A stretch of DNA of 64,000 bases from Candidatus Woesearchaeota archaeon (GTDB taxonomy: Archaea; Nanobdellota; Nanobdellia; Pacearchaeales; GW2011-AR1): the NCBI GenBank assembly GCA_964547875.1, contig CAZJPE010000002.1, positions 42,130 through 106,129 on the forward strand, in the 5' to 3' direction. Shown here piece after piece: positions 47,833 through 57,361 of this stretch (position 1 is its first letter; the number at the start of each line of letters is the position of its first letter). Under the pieces are notes generated by a model, which was given only the letters and a program-made list of their open reading frames with translations, was not told the DNA's origin and did not search any database. Made by a program: the position numbers and the translations under genes.

Positions 47833-48555
47833 ATGAGATTATCAAACGTTTTAACGCCTATTGACACAACAATGAAGAATTTTGATTTTTCAAAGGTTAT
47901 TGTAAATAAACCATGGGGATATGAATATTTGGCATATGCAAACAAGAATATTGCTATCTGGATAATGTACATAAAGAAAAATTTCTGCAATTCCATGCAC
48001 TGCCATCTTGAGAAAAAAACTAATCTCATGCTGCTATCTGGAAAAGCTGTTTTTTCAACTCTTCAAGAAGGGCATGTGATAAAAGAGGGGGACATAATTG
48101 CCATAGATAAAAAATCCTTCCATTCCACTCAAGCTATTTCTGACGAAGGCATTTTTGTAATGGAGATTGAAAATCCTGTCAACAAAGTTGACTTATTGAG
48201 GCTGTCTGACGAATACGGCAGGGAAACAAAGGGCTATGAATCTAAAAATGAAATTTCACGCAATATAGACAGTTATAATGCTGTTTTCTTTGAGAATGAA
48301 GAATTTGATAAAGCAAAGAGAATCGGGAACATGGGCCTTTATTTCAAAAAATTTGAAGATGATAGAGAATTGATAGAGTACATGAACAGCAATAATGAAT
48401 CCATAAATGCTGTTGTTGAGGGGACAATTATCAGTGATATTTCTGGCGAGATGATTATGCCAGGGAAGTTTTTTTCAAATAATCATCCTGAAAATAAAAA
48501 TATAAAAATTCTAGAAAAGCCTTTAATTTTGCTTTCTATTTCAAGAAGAGATTAA
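47833..48555 (+). CDS. Cupin-domain protein (type II PMI / ManC C-terminal-like)
   Basis: KPWGYEYL...SMHCHLEKKTNLMLLSGKAVF. The ORF track starts at 47773 and overlaps the upstream gene; the ATG at 47833 is preferred. Confidence 0.55.
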   Translation: MRLSNVLTPIDTTMKNFDFSKVIVNKPWGYEYLAYANKNIAIWIMYIKKNFCNSMHCHLEKKTNLMLLSGKAVFSTLQEGHVIKEGDIIAIDKKSFHSTQAISDEGIFVMEIENPVNKVDLLRLSDEYGRETKGYESKNEISRNIDSYNAVFFENEEFDKAKRIGNMGLYFKKFEDDRELIEYMNSNNESINAVVEGTIISDISGEMIMPGKFFSNNHPENKNIKILEKPLILLSISRRD

Positions 48556-50591
48556 AATCTATTCTTTGAAATCCAGCTCTTTACTCCCTCTGATTCAAAT
48601 CTTACCTCCATTACCTCTGGAGAGCCTGCATTCTTCAACGCCCTTGCCAAATCATTTCTTTTTTTAGGGGAATGGAAGAATAAAAGATAGCCTCCATCTC
48701 CTGCTCCGAGAAGTCTCCCTCCATATGCGCCATTCTTTAATGCGCATTCGTATAATTTGTCCACGAAAGAATTTGAGATATTGTCGCTTAATTTTTTCTT
48801 GATTTCCCACGTTTCGCTCATTATTCTTCCAAATAATTCCAGCCTGCTGGTTAATAAGGCTTCTTTTATCTCCTCACTAAGTTCTTTCAAGCGAAATAGA
48901 GATTTTGTTTTTTCTGATTCGTCTTTCATGAAAAACGCCTCCTGCCTTTTATGAATATCTCCAGAATTGTGCGTGCGCCCTATATAACAAAGGAGCAGAT
49001 GATTCTCAAGCTCGTCAATTACTTCTTGCTTTAATTTCAATGGATAAACCAATGATTTGTCTTTTTCAAATTCTATGTAATTAAATCCTCCAACTGCAGA
49101 CGCATACTGATCCTGCCAGCCCCCTTTAATCTTCAGTTCTTCTCTTTCAACCTTATAAGCTAATTTTGCAATAGTATAATCGTCATGCTTATAATCCATT
49201 AACTGATCCAGCAGGCTTATTATCAGCACTGACAAGCTTGCTGACGAGCCTAATCCTCTTCCAGGAGGCACGTCACTTGCTACATATAATTCCAAGCCGA
49301 ATTCAGGATTCATTAGTTTTATTGCTGCCTTAATTAAGTCAAGCCTGCCGTCATAAACAAGCTCTTTAACAGAATTGGCAAGTATAATCCCTCCAAATTC
49401 CGAGTCAATAATTATTTTTTTATCTGCTCTTTTTATCAAGGTTGCGCTACAATATTTTTTAATTGTAGAATTTATGACACATCCCCCATATTTTTCAAAA
49501 AAATAAGGAATATCTGTTCCGCCGCCAGCGAAACTTATTCTTAATGGCACCCTGCCTCTTACAACAGGGAATTTTTCAGTTGTTATTTTCTCAATTCTAA
49601 ACTGCACATCCTTGACTCTCCCTTCATTATCTATAATTGGAAGATGATTGATGCCTGAAAATAATAATTCAGATATTCTTTCTTTTGTATCGTCGTGCTT
49701 TCCTGTAATTGGATCTCTGATCATGATAGATTTAACATCATCATCTATTTTTCCATTTCTTAAGATATGCTCCTTAATTATCCTATCATTGATAATGCCA
49801 ACGAGCTTTTCATTTTTATCTACAACCAAACCTAAATCTATTCCTGTTTTAGATATTTTCCTCATTATATCGCTTATTTTATTATGCTCTCTTACAAAAA
49901 GCCCTTTTATAATTCCCTCTTTAAATTCTTTGTAAGTTTCTGGCAAACCTATGTCAATAAAATAGCCTTCGTTTTTAAAGCACCATAATAAACCTTCTTT
50001 TGATAATTTGGGAAATATTTCCTTTTCCAAAGAGACATTTTTTTCAGGCTCTATATAATCAAAAATAATTGGCTCAAATAAATATGCTCCAACATTTATC
50101 AATCCCTTATTATTTTCTGCGCCTTTTTCTAAAAAGTCCAAAATTCTATCTCCGCTAATAGAAATTCTTCCGCCTCTGGAAGTATCTAGTACTTCTGTTG
50201 CCGCAATTGAGAACTTGCTTTTCTTTGTTTTATGAAATTCCAAAAATTTTTTTAAATCAATCTCAAAGTATGAATCTCCGTTTAATACCAAGAAGGTATC
50301 GTCAATATACCTCTCGGCTTTTTTTACTGCGCCTGCTGTTCCAAGAGGCACCTCTTCTTCAGAATATGTTATATTAACTCCCCATCTCTTTCCTTGACCA
50401 AAATAAGATTTTATTTTATCAGCCATATGGTGAACTGCGAGTATTAGTTCTTCTATACCCTGCTCTTTCAAAAATCTTATTTGATACTCTAAGAATGGCT
50501 TGCCTGCAATAGGAGCCATTGGCTTTGGCAAATCTGTGACTTCGGATCTTAAACGCGTTCCAAACCCGCCAGCTAGGATAACTGCCTTCAT
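48552..50591 (-). CDS. Fused sugar-1-P nucleotidyltransferase, CBS pair and GHMP kinase (HddC-CBS-HddA-like, Fkp-like order)
   Basis: 679 aa. N-terminus MKAVILAGGFGTRLRS (NTP_transferase), a mid CBS pair, and a C-terminal GHMP motif PPGRGLGSSASL. Confidence 0.8.
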   Translation of the reverse strand: MKAVILAGGFGTRLRSEVTDLPKPMAPIAGKPFLEYQIRFLKEQGIEELILAVHHMADKIKSYFGQGKRWGVNITYSEEEVPLGTAGAVKKAERYIDDTFLVLNGDSYFEIDLKKFLEFHKTKKSKFSIAATEVLDTSRGGRISISGDRILDFLEKGAENNKGLINVGAYLFEPIIFDYIEPEKNVSLEKEIFPKLSKEGLLWCFKNEGYFIDIGLPETYKEFKEGIIKGLFVREHNKISDIMRKISKTGIDLGLVVDKNEKLVGIINDRIIKEHILRNGKIDDDVKSIMIRDPITGKHDDTKERISELLFSGINHLPIIDNEGRVKDVQFRIEKITTEKFPVVRGRVPLRISFAGGGTDIPYFFEKYGGCVINSTIKKYCSATLIKRADKKIIIDSEFGGIILANSVKELVYDGRLDLIKAAIKLMNPEFGLELYVASDVPPGRGLGSSASLSVLIISLLDQLMDYKHDDYTIAKLAYKVEREELKIKGGWQDQYASAVGGFNYIEFEKDKSLVYPLKLKQEVIDELENHLLLCYIGRTHNSGDIHKRQEAFFMKDESEKTKSLFRLKELSEEIKEALLTSRLELFGRIMSETWEIKKKLSDNISNSFVDKLYECALKNGAYGGRLLGAGDGGYLLFFHSPKKRNDLARALKNAGSPEVMEVRFESEGVKSWISKNRF

Positions 50592-50662
50592 TTTTACTCT
50601 TTTTTGCTCCTCATTTTATAAAGCCGTATCTGGATAATATATAAACATTATGAGAAAATAGT

Positions 50663-51250
50663 CTATACTTTATTCTTTAAGATTATATTTGCAACTGCGT
50701 CGTAAAGATCTGATGCATGAAACGATGGCTCTATATCAATTAGATTTTCATTGCCTTTGCCCCCATATCCTGTTTTCACAAGAATTGTTTTGCACCCTGC
50801 AGACTTACCTGCATAAATATCACTCATTTTATCTCCAATGATATAACATCCAGATAAATCTTTTATGTTAAAATCTTTTTGCGCTTGCAGAATCATTCCT
50901 GGTTTTGGCTTCCTGCATTCACATTCTTTAGTGTAGATTGGATTATTTCCCTTGGGATGATGGGGGCAAAAATATATTTTATCCAATTTCGCTCCTTTTT
51001 CGTTTAACAATTCTCTCATGTAATTATTTAAATTCTCCACGTCATTTTGTGTGCAAATTCCTTTTGCTATAGCGGATTGATTCGAGATAATTATTATTCT
51101 ATAATTATTTTTGTTTAATAATTTTATTGCGTCTATTGTTTTATCAATCAGCTTAAAATCTTCCCTTCTATGAAGATGAATCCTTTCTTCGCAAATAACG
51201 CCATCTCTATCAAGAAAAACTACTTTCTCCATTATTATTGCTTTTGTCAT
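50663..51250 (-). CDS. gmhB: D-glycero-D-manno-heptose 1,7-bisphosphate phosphatase
   Basis: FLDRDGVI, SNQSAIAKG, YFCPHHP...CECRKPKPGM, IGDKMSD and VKTG motifs match E. coli GmhB almost motif for motif. Confidence 0.88.
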   Translation of the reverse strand: MTKAIIMEKVVFLDRDGVICEERIHLHRREDFKLIDKTIDAIKLLNKNNYRIIIISNQSAIAKGICTQNDVENLNNYMRELLNEKGAKLDKIYFCPHHPKGNNPIYTKECECRKPKPGMILQAQKDFNIKDLSGCYIIGDKMSDIYAGKSAGCKTILVKTGYGGKGNENLIDIEPSFHASDLYDAVANIILKNKV

Positions 51251-51324
51251 GAAAAACGAGCATTATATTAAACTTTTCTATAAATCACCGATTTATTTAT
51301 AAACATATTTCTGAAATAATTAAA

Positions 51325-52302
51325 ATGGCAAAATCTATGATAACTGGGATTGGTGGGTTTGTTGCTTCGCATTTGGCGAATTATTTGGTTGGGAAGAACG
51401 AAGAGGTTTATGGAACTTATCGCTGGACAGAAGACCTTTCAAGAATAGATAAAATAAAAGATAAAATAAAAATGATTCCTGCTGACTTATTAGATTTAAG
51501 CAGTTTAATAAGGGCAATTGCAGACAATTATCCAGATTATATTTTTCATTTGGCTGCACAGAGTTATGTTCCAGATTCATTTACAAATCCGATTGTAACT
51601 GTTGAAACTAATACTATAGGAACAATAAATCTGCTGGAAGCTATTAGAATAATAAAAGATTACATAAACAAAGACTATGATCCTGTGATTCACTTGTGCT
51701 CTAGCTCTGAATTCTATGGAAGAGTTGACGAGCAGGAAATTCCGATAACAGAAAAACATCCAATGAGGCCTGGAAATCAATATGCTATTGGTAAGATAGG
51801 GGCTGATGCTGCTGGATATTTTTACTATAAGTATTATGGCTTGAAAGTCATTAGAACGCGCATGTTCACACATACTGGCTATGGAAGGACAATGATGTCT
51901 GCAGAATGCAATTTTGCAAAACAAATTGCATTAATTGAAAAAGGCAAGCAAGAGCCTGTTATAAATCACGGGAATTTGAACTCTGTCAGAACCTGGGCTG
52001 ATGTAAGAGATGCTGTGAGAGCATATTATATTTTAGTTAGGAAAGGAAAACCTGGAGAAGTTTATAACATAGGCGGAAATACTGTAAAAACCATTGGCGA
52101 GGCTCTTGATTATTTAATCTCATTAAGTCCTATGAAAGACAAGATAAAAAAAGAGCTGGATACTAAGCTTGTGAGAAAAATGGATGTAAACTTGCAGATA
52201 GTAGACATATCAAAGTTCCAAAATGAAACAGGCTGGACTCCGGAAATTCCTTTTGAAGAAACTTTATCAGAAGTCTTGAGATATTGGAGAGAGCACGTTT
52301 AA
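51325..52302 (+). CDS. GDP-mannose 4,6-dehydratase-like (possibly GDP-manno-heptose 4,6-dehydratase)
   Basis: 325 aa. ITGIGGFVASHLA, AAQSYVPDSF...GTINLLEAIR, SSSEFYG, HGNLNSVRTWADVRDAV and a C-terminal GWTPEI track Gmd along its length. Confidence 0.75.
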   Translation: MAKSMITGIGGFVASHLANYLVGKNEEVYGTYRWTEDLSRIDKIKDKIKMIPADLLDLSSLIRAIADNYPDYIFHLAAQSYVPDSFTNPIVTVETNTIGTINLLEAIRIIKDYINKDYDPVIHLCSSSEFYGRVDEQEIPITEKHPMRPGNQYAIGKIGADAAGYFYYKYYGLKVIRTRMFTHTGYGRTMMSAECNFAKQIALIEKGKQEPVINHGNLNSVRTWADVRDAVRAYYILVRKGKPGEVYNIGGNTVKTIGEALDYLISLSPMKDKIKKELDTKLVRKMDVNLQIVDISKFQNETGWTPEIPFEETLSEVLRYWREHV

Positions 52303-52304
52303 TC

Positions 52305-52673
52305 TTATAGATAATATTTTAAATTATTTTTTTCTTCATTAACAAACTTTTCTTCCGTTACTCCAAGGATAATCGTGCCTTTCTTTGCATAAGCTTTATG
52401 ATATATTCGCGGAGGGATTCTTATTCTATCGCCTGGAGATAAAATAACGCTTTGTCTTTCTTCAGTATCTATGTTTGTTAATTCATACCTTAATTCTCCT
52501 CTGAACACATACCAAATCTCTCCATATTCATGAAAATGGCCTCCTAAAAGACAATCTGTTTTTGTTTCTAGTGTTAATAATTGGCGAGCAGTAAAATCTC
52601 CATTAAAAATCTGTCTTAAAGTTCTTCTCTCATCATCATGACCTTCTCTAACCTTTTCAGATTGTGTTATCAT
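52305..52673 (-). CDS. Small single-domain cupin
   Basis: 122 aa. GGHFHEYGEIWYVFRGE. Confidence 0.5.
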   Translation of the reverse strand: MITQSEKVREGHDDERRTLRQIFNGDFTARQLLTLETKTDCLLGGHFHEYGEIWYVFRGELRYELTNIDTEERQSVILSPGDRIRIPPRIYHKAYAKKGTIILGVTEEKFVNEEKNNLKYYL

Positions 52674-53044
52674 TTTATCTCAAATTTTAAATCGTCTATT
52701 TCTGGAGAGGTATATTTCTCTTCATTTCCCTCAATCATAATATTTCCTGCTTTTTGCAATGCTTTGTGCGCAATATTCCTATCAATTATTATCATGTCTC
52801 CTTCTTGAACTTTCTTGTCAATTCTTTCTCCAGTAGATATATTAACAAACGTATAATCTGCGTCTCCTTTCATCAGATAAAAAAATTGCCTGTAAGGATG
52901 ATAATGGTTTCCAAGAACAGCGTCTTCCTTAATTTTAAGCAATTTAACTTGTTTTGCTGTGAATCCTCCGTTAAATATCTCTATGAGCGCTCTTCTGTTA
53001 TCTTCATGAACTGGTTTAATCTTTGTATGATATAGGCCTTTCAT
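52670..53044 (-). CDS. Small single-domain cupin, tandem paralog
   Basis: 124 aa. GNHYHPYRQFFYLMKGD. 4-bp overlap with the downstream cupin. Confidence 0.5.
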   Translation of the reverse strand: MKGLYHTKIKPVHEDNRRALIEIFNGGFTAKQVKLLKIKEDAVLGNHYHPYRQFFYLMKGDADYTFVNISTGERIDKKVQEGDMIIIDRNIAHKALQKAGNIMIEGNEEKYTSPEIDDLKFEIK

Positions 53045-53159
53045 ATTGTTATTTTGATTTTATTTTTTAATCAAGTAAAACTTTATAAAATTATGTGAGA
53101 TGACATGTTTTCCACAAAAAACGGAAATATATAAAAAGTTATTTTATAGACTTTAGAAC

Positions 53160-54266
53160 ATGAAAAAAACAACTGTTGAGAAAAAAATTAATATTATATT
53201 CACAGGCCTATTTAGACAACAAGAATTGCTTAAGAAATCAATTGCCAATTTTATTAAGTTGCGAAAAGACAATCTTGTAGATAAGATAATTGTATCAACT
53301 TGGGACTACGAAGTCAAGAAAAATCCAAAAATGACTGATTTCTTAAAAAATAATGAGGTGATTGTTCTTGGCAGCAAAGAACCGAAAAAACGCGGTTTTG
53401 GAAATATAAACTGCCAGATGAAAGCGCTGGAAGCTGGACTTAGAGAGGTGAATAAAAAAAGCTTTGTATTAAAGACGAGAACAGACATATATATTGATCC
53501 ATTATTTTTAAAGGGATTATTCAAAAATAAAGAGAGAATATTGAGAATAAAATTAAATCTTCCCGACAATGTTTTTAGATACAAATTCTGGATTCCTTAT
53601 TTTGAGATAACAAAGCCGTTTTACTTAAGCGACGAGGCTTATTTTGGATATTATGAAGATCATAAAAAATTAATAAATTATAAACCTTATCACGATAGTT
53701 ATAATTTGCAGTCAGGGACTATTCACATGCAAAGGTGGTTTGAGCCGTTTTTATCAAAATATCCTGTTCTTAAGGACTTTATTGAGAATCATCCTCATGT
53801 TGGCTACCCTAAAGAAAATTTATTTTATAAAATTATTAAGAAAATTGCAAAACAAAACAGATTGACATTTAATTTGTTGAATTCTGTTACTGTCAGAAAC
53901 AGATTTAGGGTGCTAAAAAAACGCTTAGAGGATGAGAGATATGTTAATGTCCTTGCAGCCTATTATTCAATTTTATACAGCCATTTTTATATTAATGCAA
54001 AACCAGTAGACTATGCAATTAATAAGGAGGGTATTTTCAAAAGGGGCTCCCCATTTAATCCCAAAGTTAACAATCTAGATTTAATAAAAAATTATGTTAT
54101 GGAAAATGCAACTGGAAAAAGGCAGGGGCAGATTTACGCGTATAACGATGAGTTTCTTAAAAATATCTTTAATGGTAAGATAATAAAAGACGACTTTTCA
54201 ACAAGTTTGTTGGTTTCTATAGATAAGTTTTTTAATAGAAATCTTTTGGAGAAAAGAGTTAAATAA
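53160..54266 (+). CDS. Hypothetical protein (possibly a WavE-like polysaccharide synthesis protein; uncertain)
   Basis: 368 aa soluble protein. First gene of a plus-strand operon. Confidence 0.3.
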   Translation: MKKTTVEKKINIIFTGLFRQQELLKKSIANFIKLRKDNLVDKIIVSTWDYEVKKNPKMTDFLKNNEVIVLGSKEPKKRGFGNINCQMKALEAGLREVNKKSFVLKTRTDIYIDPLFLKGLFKNKERILRIKLNLPDNVFRYKFWIPYFEITKPFYLSDEAYFGYYEDHKKLINYKPYHDSYNLQSGTIHMQRWFEPFLSKYPVLKDFIENHPHVGYPKENLFYKIIKKIAKQNRLTFNLLNSVTVRNRFRVLKKRLEDERYVNVLAAYYSILYSHFYINAKPVDYAINKEGIFKRGSPFNPKVNNLDLIKNYVMENATGKRQGQIYAYNDEFLKNIFNGKIIKDDFSTSLLVSIDKFFNRNLLEKRVK

Positions 54267-54277
54267 AAGTTTATAAA

Positions 54278-55090
54278 TTGGACATTTTATATAAAAATAT
54301 GGATGGGAAAACTATTAAATGCGTCTCTATTGCTGAAAAACCGAGCTGTTTTGGAATTGAATTTCATAATAAAGGATATGAATTTTTTGGCTTAAATTAT
54401 GTTTATATTCCGCTTAAAGTAACCTCTAACAATCTTGAATCTACTATTCAACTTGTGAGGGAAAATTTCAAGGGATGCGGTGTTTCTATGCCTTATAAAA
54501 TAGAGGTTATAAAATACCTTGATGAGCTTGACGAATCTGCGGAAAAAGTTGGAGCTGTCAATACTATACTTAATAATGGACGATTAAAGGGATTTAATAC
54601 TGATTATTACGGGGCAAGAAGCGCGTTAAAAAATACACTAGAAATTGAAGGAAAAGATATTTTAATGATAGGGGCAGGAGGGGCTGCTCGTGCAATTGGA
54701 CATGCTGTAAAGGACTTGGATGGAAGGCTGTGGATTACAAACAGAACAGAGGCGAGGGCAAATGAATTGGCTTATATTTTGCGGGCTAAAACAATTCAAT
54801 GGCAAGAACGTAATTCATTTAATGCTTATTTGCTAATTAATGCCACAAGCATTGGCTTTAATAATATAAATGAATCTCCATTATTGAATGAATCTATTTC
54901 AAATTATGAGGCAGTGATGGATATTGTGCTTACAAGCGATGCTCAAAAAACCAGATTAATAAGAGAAGCAGAATCAAAGATGAAGATTGTAATTCCTGGA
55001 AGGACTATGACGATTTATCAGGCTGCAAAGCAATTTTATATCTATACGGAAAAGAAACTTCCAGAAGAATTTTTAAATAAATTTATATAG
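54278..55090 (+). CDS. Shikimate/quinate 5-dehydrogenase (AroE) family protein
   Basis: 270 aa. GAVNTI...GFNTDYYG and IGAGGAARAI Rossmann motif. Confidence 0.7.
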   Translation: MDILYKNMDGKTIKCVSIAEKPSCFGIEFHNKGYEFFGLNYVYIPLKVTSNNLESTIQLVRENFKGCGVSMPYKIEVIKYLDELDESAEKVGAVNTILNNGRLKGFNTDYYGARSALKNTLEIEGKDILMIGAGGAARAIGHAVKDLDGRLWITNRTEARANELAYILRAKTIQWQERNSFNAYLLINATSIGFNNINESPLLNESISNYEAVMDIVLTSDAQKTRLIREAESKMKIVIPGRTMTIYQAAKQFYIYTEKKLPEEFLNKFI

Positions 55091-55109
55091 ATTTATGCAG
55101 GAGAATTTT

Positions 55110-55805
55110 ATGGATTATAAAGTGTGTATTTTGGCTGCGGGAATAGGGAGTAGAATGCTTGAATTTACAAAAACCTTTAATAAGGTTTTACTTCCTATTC
55201 AAGGAAAGCCTGTTATTTGCCATATAATTGAAAAATTTCCTGAAAATATTGGGATTATTATAGCTGTTGGATACAAAAAAGAAGGAGTTATTGATTATTT
55301 GAAAACTGCTTATCCAAATAGAAAATTTAATTTTGTAAACGTGGGCAAATACGAAGGTGTTGGAACTGGCCCTGGATATTCTTTACTAAAATGCAAAGAA
55401 TATTTACAATGCCCATTTATTCAGTTTGCCGGGGATACATTAGTAAGGGAAGAAATTCCTTTCCCTAACAAAAACTGGTTTGGCGTTGCAGACGTTAAAA
55501 ATACTGAGAGATTTTGCTCTGTAAAGATTATGGGCGATAAAATAATAAGAATTGACGATAAAATAAAGAATGATAATAAACATGCTTTTATTGGCTTAGC
55601 TGGAATAAAGGATTATGACATTTTTTGGAGCGCATTGGAGAAAGATAAAAAATTTATTGCAGAGGAGTTACAAGTTTCTAATGGGTTTAGAGAACTGATA
55701 AATAAGGATTTACACTCTAAAAGATTTACATGGTTTGACACTGGAACATGGGAAGCTTATGATTATACGATAAAAAATTATCCAGATGGAGAATCTTATT
55801 CTTAG
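55110..55805 (+). CDS. Sugar-phosphate nucleotidyltransferase (LicC/MurU-like), short paralog
   Basis: MDYKVCILAAGIGSRM... Homologous along its whole length to the N-terminal half of 59037..60680, and the first 34 nt are identical. The ORF track starts at 55095. Confidence 0.7.
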   Translation: MDYKVCILAAGIGSRMLEFTKTFNKVLLPIQGKPVICHIIEKFPENIGIIIAVGYKKEGVIDYLKTAYPNRKFNFVNVGKYEGVGTGPGYSLLKCKEYLQCPFIQFAGDTLVREEIPFPNKNWFGVADVKNTERFCSVKIMGDKIIRIDDKIKNDNKHAFIGLAGIKDYDIFWSALEKDKKFIAEELQVSNGFRELINKDLHSKRFTWFDTGTWEAYDYTIKNYPDGESYS

Positions 55806-55859
55806 AGATTAAAGCATAAAAATATTTATAAACAATAATTGTAAATTTAATTAAATAAA

Positions 55860-56336
55860 ATGATAAAAAATTTTGTTTTGGACGTTGATGGCGTTATGAC
55901 GACAGGGCATTTTATTTATTCGGCAGAAGGAAAAGCGCTTAAGATTTTCGGACCTCATGACGCAGATGGATTGAAATTGCTCAAAGACAAATTGAACGTA
56001 TCTTTCATAACTGCTGACAAAAAAGGATTTGCCATATCAAAGAAGAGAATAGAAGACTTAGGTTTTCAAATTGAACTCATTTCTGAGCAAGACAGATATA
56101 ATTATGTCAAGGAAAAATTCGGATTTGAAAATACTGCATTCATGGGCGATGGAATCTTTGACGCTCAATTAATCAAGGATTGCAAATTTGGTATAGCTCC
56201 TGCAAATGCCAGGCCAGAGGCGAGAGAAGCAGCAGATTTTATTACGCCATCAAAATCTGCCGAAGGAGCAGTGTGCGATGCGTGCTTGGAGATAAAAAAG
56301 AGATTTTTAGATAAAGCAGAAGACAATAATGCTTAA
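55860..56336 (+). CDS. KdsC-family HAD phosphatase (sugar-acid phosphate phosphatase-like)
   Basis: 158 aa. LDVDGVMTTG, ITADKK and FMGDGIFDAQL fit the YrbI/KdsC subfamily. Confidence 0.75.
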   Translation: MIKNFVLDVDGVMTTGHFIYSAEGKALKIFGPHDADGLKLLKDKLNVSFITADKKGFAISKKRIEDLGFQIELISEQDRYNYVKEKFGFENTAFMGDGIFDAQLIKDCKFGIAPANARPEAREAADFITPSKSAEGAVCDACLEIKKRFLDKAEDNNA

Positions 56337-56348
56337 ATATACAAAATA

Positions 56349-57149
56349 ATGATTCTCGCAATGGAATTATCCTTAATAGACAAGACTGAAAGATATAGGT
56401 TTGAAAAAATAGAAAGAAATCCTGATTATTTCCATGAAAGAAAGGAATTTTCCACAGTAGATGAAATAAGAACTTTATTTTTGCATTATGGAAGTCTAGG
56501 AATTAATGTTGAATCAAATGGAAAGAAAAATATGTATGCTTTAAAAGCGGGCGAAGGTTTTATATTTGGACCGAATTTAAGATATAACTTATCCTGCGAT
56601 TCTAGGATTTTTGCAGTGCAATCTAGCTCTCAAATTGCAGAAGGTAAAATAATTGAGATTTTAGACAAAGGAGATGAAAAAGAGGAATCTGAATTGGGCC
56701 CGTTTAAGCTGGTTAGAAATCCAAAAAGAGTGAATAAACCTTGGGGGCATGAATTATGGATCAGCTGGTTTAGAGACTATCATGTTTTAAAGCAGATAGG
56801 CATGAAGGCAGGAAATATGTCAAGTTTGCAGCTACACGGACGCAAATTAGAAACTAATTATCTAGTTAAAGGGGAGGCAGACGTTATAGATGGCTATCCT
56901 ATGGATTTGAGCTTGAGCGAGGACGAGATGAAAAATAAAATAGGCGATGTTGATTTGTCTGAATATACTAACAGGAAAAAAGCAGGAATGCATTGGACTT
57001 CTCGTCCAGGAATTGTGCATAGAGTAATTTCTGTTGCAGATTATATTGCTTATGAGACATCAACGCCTGAATTAGATGATGTTATAAGACTTAGTGATGT
57101 TTCTGGAAGGCAGTCTGGAAGGATAGACTCAGAGCATAAATTGTCTTAG
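56349..57149 (+). CDS. Cupin-domain protein (type II PMI-like)
   Basis: 266 aa. NKPWGHELWIS...SSLQLHGRKLETNYLVKGEADV. Confidence 0.55.
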   Translation: MILAMELSLIDKTERYRFEKIERNPDYFHERKEFSTVDEIRTLFLHYGSLGINVESNGKKNMYALKAGEGFIFGPNLRYNLSCDSRIFAVQSSSQIAEGKIIEILDKGDEKEESELGPFKLVRNPKRVNKPWGHELWISWFRDYHVLKQIGMKAGNMSSLQLHGRKLETNYLVKGEADVIDGYPMDLSLSEDEMKNKIGDVDLSEYTNRKKAGMHWTSRPGIVHRVISVADYIAYETSTPELDDVIRLSDVSGRQSGRIDSEHKLS

Positions 57150-57181
57150 AAGAATACCATATAGGTAGAATGATAACGTAT

Positions 57182-57276
57182 GACATTTACAGAAGTCGCT
57201 CACCAAAATTGAAATTATAAAATAAGTGAGCGATTTGGGCTGAGGACTTGCAAAGTCCGAACCTGTAAATGTCTGT
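57182..57276. other. GC-elevated structured intergenic element with nested inverted repeats (candidate small RNA or mobile-element end)
   Basis: Outer stem gacatttacag / ctgtaaatgtc (11 bp), inner stem agtcgctcac / gtgagcga, and a local hairpin ggacttgcaaagtcc. I could not fold it as a tRNA. Confidence 0.25.
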
Positions 57277-57347
57277 TAAGTGATGTTTTCGTAAGAAAAA
57301 GTGCAATGTCACAAGCGAAGCGCAGAGTGCCTGCAACTATTATTTTC

Positions 57348-57361
57348 ATGGGTCGGCTCGC
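57348..57361. repeat. Left copy of a perfect 14-bp GC-rich inverted repeat (atgggtcggctcgc)
   Basis: The reverse complement, gcgagccgacccat, occurs at 58505..58518. Confidence 0.6.

Noticed and set aside
48552-50591. Reading the fused protein as L-fucokinase/GDP-fucose pyrophosphorylase (Fkp).
   Set aside because: Possible by architecture, but the directly adjacent GmhB and the nearby GmhA-like isomerase and transketolase favour a heptose substrate. Left as an alternative in the finding.
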